From a bacterium (GTDB lineage Bacteria; SZUA-182; DTGQ01), in contig JBFMGO010000037.1 in the NCBI GenBank assembly GCA_040752695.1, positions 1-45,129 of the forward strand: DNA of 45,129 nucleotides, in the 5' to 3' direction. Positions 39,104 to 45,129 of the stretch are shown piece after piece. The position numbers were made by a program, and so were the translations under genes. The notes under the pieces were generated by a model, which did not search any database, was not told where the DNA came from, and saw nothing but the letters and a program-made list of their open reading frames with translations. Position 1 is the first letter of the stretch. Every line of letters starts with the position of its first letter.

Positions 39104-39853
39104 CTACTGCATCAGGGGATAATGCAGAGCCAGCCGCCCCAATATCCCCAGACCAATGGCGATGGTAAAGCTGATCATCGTCCCGATCAGAATGTATTCC
39201 GCTTCCTTTCTGCGCTCAGGCAGGTGAATTTCACCAAAGCGGAATATGGATTTAGCCGCAATCAAAAAGCCTATAGCGTCGAACCGGTTCAAAAGGACAA
39301 AGGTCAGAATCAGGACCCTTTCCATGCAGCCGATCCAAAGCCCTGCCTTGGCCAGCCCCTGAACATCCGATCCATCGAACTCCCTCTGCCATACCTGCGT
39401 AATCTTGCCGATCCAAAACCCTGCAGGCCAGATTGAGCAGAAGTAGAAAAAAAGCAGGACCCAGAATTTTTTATTTGAGCTTAAGAAAAGGATGAAACCG
39501 GACAGCATGACCACATTCTCTCTGGCCAGGAATATCCAGCAGGCCAGAACGATTGTCAGGTGCCCTGCCTGGTCCAAAAGGAAAGCCCGGCAGTTGTCCT
39601 GGCCTTGTGCCTTCAATCCATCCAGCAGCACATGAGAGACAAAAATAGCCACCGGCAGCCAGAAAGCCTTCCAATATCCTGCCATGAGATAGCCCAAGGC
39701 TGCGGCTATCCCGCTATGAGCATAAAGCCAGAGCGAGGCCCATTTTTTTTGAAACCGCTGACGTACCCAGCACTCCCTTTGAAGGAGGAAATCAGCTACA
39801 AGATGGGCCATCAAAAGGCGAAGGAGAAGCACCTCGCCAACCTGCCGTGACAT
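39104..39853 (-). CDS. DUF3307 family membrane protein
   Basis: AHLVADFLLQ, H..LD..K, DQAGH, G.WIG.MER, AAKSIFRF, EYILIGT; likely start MSRQVG at 39853. Confidence 0.88.
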   Translation of the reverse strand: MSRQVGEVLLLRLLMAHLVADFLLQRECWVRQRFQKKWASLWLYAHSGIAAALGYLMAGYWKAFWLPVAIFVSHVLLDGLKAQGQDNCRAFLLDQAGHLTIVLACWIFLARENVVMLSGFILFLSSNKKFWVLLFFYFCSIWPAGFWIGKITQVWQREFDGSDVQGLAKAGLWIGCMERVLILTFVLLNRFDAIGFLIAAKSIFRFGEIHLPERRKEAEYILIGTMISFTIAIGLGILGRLALHYPLMQ

Positions 39854-39947
39854 GCTCTTTTTCCCTTTATCCTCATTATCCTCTGGTCTTTGGTTGCTGA
39901 CTACATATCCAATTGACTGCTGCCGGTTACGGACTGTGAGCTGCTCA

Positions 39948-40619
39948 TCACTGATTGATAAGTCTCTTGATAATTTCCTCGTATCTTTGACAGAACCCGG
40001 CCACTGCCCAGCCGCCGGCATGTTTCAGGCGCTGCTGGATGGCGGGTTGTGAAATGCCAAATTCGAGGGCAGCCGCTTCCTGGGTCAGGTTCCGCATTTG
40101 TCCCGTGATGGCCTGGGCCTGTTCCCAAGACCACTTGCTGATAAGGACATCCAGCAGTGCGCACTCTGTATCGAACTCTGCATGAATATGCGGCCAGCGG
40201 GTTCGAATCACCAGCCGCTGGTCTCCTTTCATGCTGTCCAGGGCCGGTCCGGAAAGACGAAAAGCCTCTCCATCTCCTTCGGCACTCAATCCCTCAGGGA
40301 GAAAATCGACAGATCCGATCCCTATGGCTATTCGGGCATCCATGCGCAAAAGGAGGTTCCTGGATTCAAACCCCGCACCAAGACTGGCCCGAATAATGAG
40401 TGCTGCCCGCAGGGCAGCCTCCGGCCTGTCCAGCACCCCCTGAAAGCTGTCTCCCCGGAAAATGGCAAAAGGTGCCGCGAGAGCTTCCGGTAAGATATCC
40501 TCTACGGTCTTGAAGGAAGACTTTAAGGTCGATAATACCTTCTCCCGGTGATCTTTTGCAAACCTGGTTGACCCAACGATATCTCCGGTTATAGCTGCAT
40601 AGAATTTTTGTTTTTCCAT
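39948..40619 (-). CDS. SatD family protein with C-terminal HTH
   Basis: AITGDIVGS, FRGDSFQ, RIAIGIG, GEAFRLSG, TQEAAALEFGISQPAIQQRL; usual neighbour of DUF3307. Confidence 0.88.
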   Translation of the reverse strand: MEKQKFYAAITGDIVGSTRFAKDHREKVLSTLKSSFKTVEDILPEALAAPFAIFRGDSFQGVLDRPEAALRAALIIRASLGAGFESRNLLLRMDARIAIGIGSVDFLPEGLSAEGDGEAFRLSGPALDSMKGDQRLVIRTRWPHIHAEFDTECALLDVLISKWSWEQAQAITGQMRNLTQEAAALEFGISQPAIQQRLKHAGGWAVAGFCQRYEEIIKRLINQ

Positions 40620-40643
40620 ACCACCAGTGGTAATCAATGAACA

Positions 40644-40723
40644 TTATAAGTATATAGGCTTATAATATATCTTTATAAGTATGTATGCTTATAAAGATAT
40701 ATTATAAGCCCTGATGCTTATAT
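40644..40723. promoter_or_regulatory. Three palindromic operator-like boxes TTATAAG-N8-CTTATA
   Basis: Boxes start at 40644, 40673 and 40702 (exact 29-bp period), directly upstream of satD. Confidence 0.7.
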
Positions 40724-40899
40724 AATGGGACATTTCGCACCCTCTTCGGCAGTATAAGCGGTGTGTTTAATTCAGGCAGCAGGTAACACAAAGCATATAA
40801 AGAATAATATAATAAAGATAAAAAAAGATCAACGTATTTTTATACCTGAATCATGAGTAAATATGATTACACTCTTAAATCCGGTTTTGCGGTTCTGAT

Positions 40900-41931
40900 T
40901 CAATCCAGTTTTGTCGTTCCGAAAAGGGAAGTCAACATGGCTTTTCCGATGACATTCATGAGAATACCGAACAGGGCCAGCCCCATGATCATGGTTATGG
41001 CAGCCAGGAGTTTTCCGATGATAGTGGAAGGATACATATCTCCATACCCGACGGTGGTGATGGTTACCACGCACCACCACATAGCTGCCGGGATGCTGGT
41101 AAAGGGGGTGTTGGCAGTATTTCGTTCCGCATAATAGATCAGGGTGCTGCAAATGATAATTACGCTGAAAAGGGCGGTGATGTAAATCTGGAGATCTATT
41201 TTCAGGGTGTGGACGCGTTGCCTGGCACTGTGATGATACTGGTCAGTGGCGTTCTTAGCCAATTTTAAAACCCGCATCATCCTGATTGTACGCAGGAATC
41301 GAACAATGCGCAAGGTTCTGGCCAGTTTTACGTCACGAAGATCCATCATATGAAAGTAGGAAGGCAGGATCGCCAAAAGGTCGATCAATCCCCAGAGGCT
41401 GAAGATATAGCCGAGCTTACTTTCGGCCACATAGATATTGATTATGTATTCGATGGTGAAAAGTCCCACCACGATCAGCTCGGACCAGGAGAAGAAAGCC
41501 CCCCAACGCTCCATGAGCGAGGGAACGGATTCCAGGGTAACGCCGAGGACGGAAAAGAGGATCAGAATAACTAAAAAGTCATTAACCCAGGCATAATATC
41601 TGGAGTTTTTATTCAGGAAGGCATCTGCTAAAACCTGGTGCACTCTGCTGGTCTTTTTCTTTGATGGATCCTCTTCCATCGATTCAAGAAGCGGCAGCAA
41701 TGCCCCTTCTTCCTGAAGAGTATCCTCAGTCTGAACGGTCTCCCGTTTTTCCAGATCCAGGATACGGCCAGTCAATTTTTGGATTTCTTCTCTTTGGTAC
41801 TCGATGACCCCTCTTTGCCGTTCGTTTTCCAGAGAGAGGCGCTTGATGGTCTGGATCAGCGCCTGGGCGTCCTTTGGCTGGAAACGATCATCGATACATT
41901 CAGAAACGGGAGTATTTCCCTTGGATGACAT
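40900..41931 (-). CDS. Voltage-gated potassium channel (6TM), paralog 1
   Basis: Selectivity filter TTVGYGD, S4 basic repeat, N-terminal coiled-coil-like extension. Confidence 0.92.
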   Translation of the reverse strand: MSSKGNTPVSECIDDRFQPKDAQALIQTIKRLSLENERQRGVIEYQREEIQKLTGRILDLEKRETVQTEDTLQEEGALLPLLESMEEDPSKKKTSRVHQVLADAFLNKNSRYYAWVNDFLVILILFSVLGVTLESVPSLMERWGAFFSWSELIVVGLFTIEYIINIYVAESKLGYIFSLWGLIDLLAILPSYFHMMDLRDVKLARTLRIVRFLRTIRMMRVLKLAKNATDQYHHSARQRVHTLKIDLQIYITALFSVIIICSTLIYYAERNTANTPFTSIPAAMWWCVVTITTVGYGDMYPSTIIGKLLAAITMIMGLALFGILMNVIGKAMLTSLFGTTKLD

Positions 41932-42064
41932 ACCTTACAGCGCCCCCCAATGAAATGGATGGAGGGGATTTCCCCTGGTTGTCCTCCCTTTCTTATCGGC
42001 AGTTTGGACACGGTTCATAAGCTTTAACCTTTTTTAAGGAATTGACACAACGTGCGAAACCCGC

Positions 42065-43105
42065 TCACTCCAGGTCGGTAGTTCCGAAAAGGGAAGTCAT
42101 CATGGCTTTGCCAATGACATTCATGAGAATGCCAAACAGGGCCAGCCCCATGATCATGGCAACCGAAGCAATGAATTTCCCTGTGAGAGTGGAAGGGTAC
42201 ATATCTCCATAGCCGACGGTGGTAATCGTCACTACACACCACCACATGGATGCCGGTATGCTGGTAAAGGCAGTACCGCTCGTACTGTGCTCTGCGTAGT
42301 AAACCAGAGTGCTGCAGATGATAATCACGGTAAGGAGGGCAGTGATATAGATCTGGAGGTCCAGTTTCAGGGTATGAATGCGCTGCCTGGCACTTCGATG
42401 GTACTGGTCGGTTGTATTCTTGGTGAGTTTTAAGATCCGCATCATCCTGATTGTACGCAGGAACCGGACAATGCGCAAGGTCCTGGCCAGCTTTAAGCCG
42501 CGAAGATCCATCAGGTGAAAATAGGAAGGGAGTATGGCTGCAAGATCGATTAATCCCCAGATACTGAAGATATAGCCGAGCTTATCCCTGGCCACATAAA
42601 TATTGATTACGTATTCGATGGTGAACAGGCCCACCACGATCAGTTCCGACCATCGGAATACCGCTCCCCATCGTTCCGTGAGCGAGGGTACCGATTCCAG
42701 GGTAACGCTGATTACGGAAAAGAGGATCAACCCGACTAAAAAGGTATTGACCGCCTGGTAATACCGGGAGTTCCTGTTCAGGAAAGCATCGTGCAAGAGC
42801 TGGTGAAGCCTTTTGGTTTCTCCTGCCGGGGGCTCCTCTTCCATGGCCTCCAGTAACGGCATCAGCGTTCCCTCCCGGGAGGCAGCCTCATCCTGGTCGG
42901 CCAGCCGCTTTTCTGCATCCAGAAGGCGGCTGGCCAGGGTTTGTATTTCATCCTTTTGATATCGAATGATTCCGCTTTGTTGCTCATTTTCCAGAGAGAG
43001 CTGCTTTATGGTCTGGATTAATTTTTGTTTATCCATTGACTGGAACTGGCCGTCGATAGATTCGGCAATCAGGGAATGGTTGAAATCGTGCGTTTCAGTT
43101 GACAT
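42065..43105 (-). CDS. Voltage-gated potassium channel (6TM), paralog 2
   Basis: TTVGYGD; closely similar to paralog 1 over its whole length. Confidence 0.92.
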   Translation of the reverse strand: MSTETHDFNHSLIAESIDGQFQSMDKQKLIQTIKQLSLENEQQSGIIRYQKDEIQTLASRLLDAEKRLADQDEAASREGTLMPLLEAMEEEPPAGETKRLHQLLHDAFLNRNSRYYQAVNTFLVGLILFSVISVTLESVPSLTERWGAVFRWSELIVVGLFTIEYVINIYVARDKLGYIFSIWGLIDLAAILPSYFHLMDLRGLKLARTLRIVRFLRTIRMMRILKLTKNTTDQYHRSARQRIHTLKLDLQIYITALLTVIIICSTLVYYAEHSTSGTAFTSIPASMWWCVVTITTVGYGDMYPSTLTGKFIASVAMIMGLALFGILMNVIGKAMMTSLFGTTDLE

Positions 43106-43174
43106 ACGATACCTTATCGAACATGGTCATAGCGTGCAAGACGCCCTTGTGAAGAGAGAGCTTCCTCTTTATTC

Positions 43175-43201
43175 TTTTCGGTGATTTGAAGGCAAAGGTT
43201 A
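43175..43201 (-). promoter_or_regulatory. Possible sigma-28 promoter (second candidate at 41993-42019)
   Basis: Minus strand TAAC-N15-ACCGAAAA before paralog 2 and TATG-N15-GCCGATAA before paralog 1; consensus TAAA-N15-GCCGATAA. Confidence 0.35.
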
Positions 43202-43490
43202 AGGTGTCATCGCTGTTTTTCCTCATCGAGAGCGGGGGGCGGTTGTCGGGGATTCGGTCAGTTCAGGGATTAATACTGAATTGATTATGAAAACAATTGC
43301 ATATAACTTTGGTTAATTTATTGTTTCATTTAATTCCTATAGGTATTGCAATTTTTTTCACAATAAAAATGCCGTATCTTTTTCGGGTCTTGACTGATTA
43401 TTTAATTATTTTCTATTATATTCATAACTTATAAAAATATATCTAATTAAATTATTTATAAATATTAAGGCTATACATTTCAAGAATTAA

Positions 43491-43507
43491 TTGGCATATG
43501 TCTTGCA
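43491..43507 (+). promoter_or_regulatory. sigma-54 promoter for the polysaccharide locus
   Basis: TTGGCAtatgtcTTGCA, near-consensus, with an upstream AT-rich tract. Confidence 0.8.
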
Positions 43508-43656
43508 ACTACACCCTGAAATTGAAAAATAAATGGAACGTACGACCAGGGCAAGCGTGAAATCGGGTCATGATTTCCCTGGATCACGGTTTTACTTTTT
43601 GAAAATCCAAAGGGCAAAAGCTATGCCCTGGAAGGCGATGATCAGGATACGATACT

Positions 43657-44892
43657 ATGTCAAACGGAGTTGTCAGGGCTGGTTCCAATCGGAGTGCGAA
43701 TGCGATGATTACCTTTATTCTTATGGTGATCCTGTTCTTTACTCCCCTTGCCGGCGGGACGGAGCAGGGAATAAGTGTATGGGTAGTGCATAGTCTGATT
43801 CTCATCGTGCTTTTATTATGGATATTTGACAATTACATCGGGAGGAAGAGGGCAGGGCTGGTTCGAACACGTCTTGATTATCCCATACTGGTTTTTGTCC
43901 TGTTATCTGTCCTTTCGCTGGCGTTTTCCGTATCCCCCAAAAAGAGCTTCCTGACTCTTCTCAACTTTCTCGATTACATAGTCCTCTTTTACCTTATGAT
44001 AAACAAGGTGAAGATAAGGGATAGAAAACAAATAAATCTCATCATGTACACCATTATCGTCAGCGCAAGTCTGGTTTCCCTTCTCGGGATCATCAAGTAT
44101 CTGGGATCATCGTCACATATCCTCGGGCTTACCTACTCTAATCCAAACCCGTTCGGTGCCTACCTGGCCATGGTTATTCCCGTCACCCTGGTCATGATGA
44201 TGCTTGTCGAGGATCCAGGGAAAAAGATCCTTATCGGTTACGGGGCCTGTATGATGATCGTAGCGTTTATCCTTACCTTGTCGAGAGGTGGCTGGATCGC
44301 TTTGCTCTGTGCATTATTCCTGATGGCGTATCTCCATCAAAAAAAATCGAGCGGTATCTCCGGAAAAGCTCTTATTTCGGTATCATTCATTATAGCCGTT
44401 GCCTTACTGTCCATTCTGACTCTGGGCTATGTCAACGTGAAGCAAGAGATTGCCATCTTAAACAAGAGGAGAATCGAAACCGTAAACGGCAGGGTACCGA
44501 TCTGGAAAGGTACTCTCAAGATCATTCGCGCTTATCCTCTCTTGGGATCCGGGCCGGGAACGTTTCCCCTCGTATGCGAAGATTACATCCAGAATCTGAA
44601 AGATAAATATGCTCACAGCGAATACCTTCAAACCGTGGCGGAGTGGGGCGTATGTTCACTTCCTGTTATCCTCTGGATACAGGCACTTTTCTTCCTGACG
44701 GTTTTCAGGGTGCATGATAAGGCCCGTACACGATTCTCACGGTATCTGATGCTGGGGATCATAGGAAGCATAACGGCGATTTCGATCCATTCGTTGGCGG
44801 AATTCGCCCTGCATCCTATGGCCAATGCTATTCTTTGCGTAGTCTTTGGCGGTATAGCGGTCAATTACCATCAATACGATATAAGCAGATAG
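43657..44892 (+). CDS. O-antigen ligase / Wzy_C family membrane protein
   Basis: Multiple TM segments; NPNPFGAYL, TLSRGGW, R..IW, GSGPGTF, AHSEYLQ..AEWG. Confidence 0.9.
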   Translation: MSNGVVRAGSNRSANAMITFILMVILFFTPLAGGTEQGISVWVVHSLILIVLLLWIFDNYIGRKRAGLVRTRLDYPILVFVLLSVLSLAFSVSPKKSFLTLLNFLDYIVLFYLMINKVKIRDRKQINLIMYTIIVSASLVSLLGIIKYLGSSSHILGLTYSNPNPFGAYLAMVIPVTLVMMMLVEDPGKKILIGYGACMMIVAFILTLSRGGWIALLCALFLMAYLHQKKSSGISGKALISVSFIIAVALLSILTLGYVNVKQEIAILNKRRIETVNGRVPIWKGTLKIIRAYPLLGSGPGTFPLVCEDYIQNLKDKYAHSEYLQTVAEWGVCSLPVILWIQALFFLTVFRVHDKARTRFSRYLMLGIIGSITAISIHSLAEFALHPMANAILCVVFGGIAVNYHQYDISR

Positions 44893-44903
44893 AAAAAAAG
44901 CCT

Positions 44904-45129
44904 ATGAGAATGAGAAAACATGTTCTTCTTTTATACCTTGTGTCGGTTGTATGGTCAGTTTATCTTTGTCAAGTCACACTTTTTGCTTTTCAAAAAGACG
45001 ATTATAAGGTAGGAAATCTTGATGTTTTGAAAATCAATGTAGCAGGAAGGCCGGCTATAAACGAGGTGTTTCCAGTCTCTTCTGATGGGACCATCAGTTT
45101 CCCTTGGTTGGGCAATGTATGGGTGGCCG
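44904..45129 (+). CDS. Polysaccharide export protein (Wza/Poly_export), truncated by window end
   Basis: Manual translation: MRMRKHVLLLYLV...DYKVGNLDVLKINVAG...VSSDGTISFPWLGNVWVA, matching Y.iG.gD.L.I.V...V..DG.I..P.lG.v.vaG. Confidence 0.85.
   Translation, partial: MRMRKHVLLLYLVSVVWSVYLCQVTLFAFQKDDYKVGNLDVLKINVAGRPAINEVFPVSSDGTISFPWLGNVWVA

Noticed and set aside
43545..43635. c-di-GMP riboswitch ahead of the polysaccharide locus
   Set aside because: Hairpins and gggcaa motifs exist, but the GEMM tetraloop/receptor arrangement could not be matched.

Overview
Bacterial chromosomal window, standard genetic code, mixed GC, with AT-rich intergenic regions and one AT-rich island (~3.4-6.1 kb). 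The gene set (paired DUF507 genes, sigma-54 promoters, HAL2-type nucleotidase, outer-membrane barrel, Wza) suggests a diderm of a Deltaproteobacteria/Nitrospinota-like or candidate lineage; this is inference only. Recognisable genes: an orphan FliA/WhiG sigma factor, WD40 lipoprotein, transglutaminase-like protein, SWIM + SNF2 helicase pair, HEAT protein, fetAB, short mutY, two nitroreductases, a 12-repeat NHL protein, MSMEG_0568-like radical SAM, DUF2065, a ThiI/MnmA-like PP-loop protein, cyclase, SatD + DUF3307, two tandem voltage-gated K+ channels and the start of a polysaccharide export locus. The most unusual items are (1) two tandem secreted proteins built from (GGLY/GSSLY)n repeats plus a conserved C-terminal beta domain, behind a sigma-54 promoter and sharing a signal-peptide type with a Pro/Ala/Val-rich secreted protein; (2) a cluster of secreted proteins with an adjacent dockerin-bearing alpha/alpha-toroid protein and cohesin-bearing protein with a CFI-type tail, and no recognisable glycoside hydrolase; (3) K+ channels with about 10 periodic basic residues in S4; (4) an in-frame IS5/IS1595 transposase chimera, several MITEs and pervasive short tandem duplications. 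No rRNA, tRNA or CRISPR array was seen. All family calls come from motif recognition by eye, not database searches.
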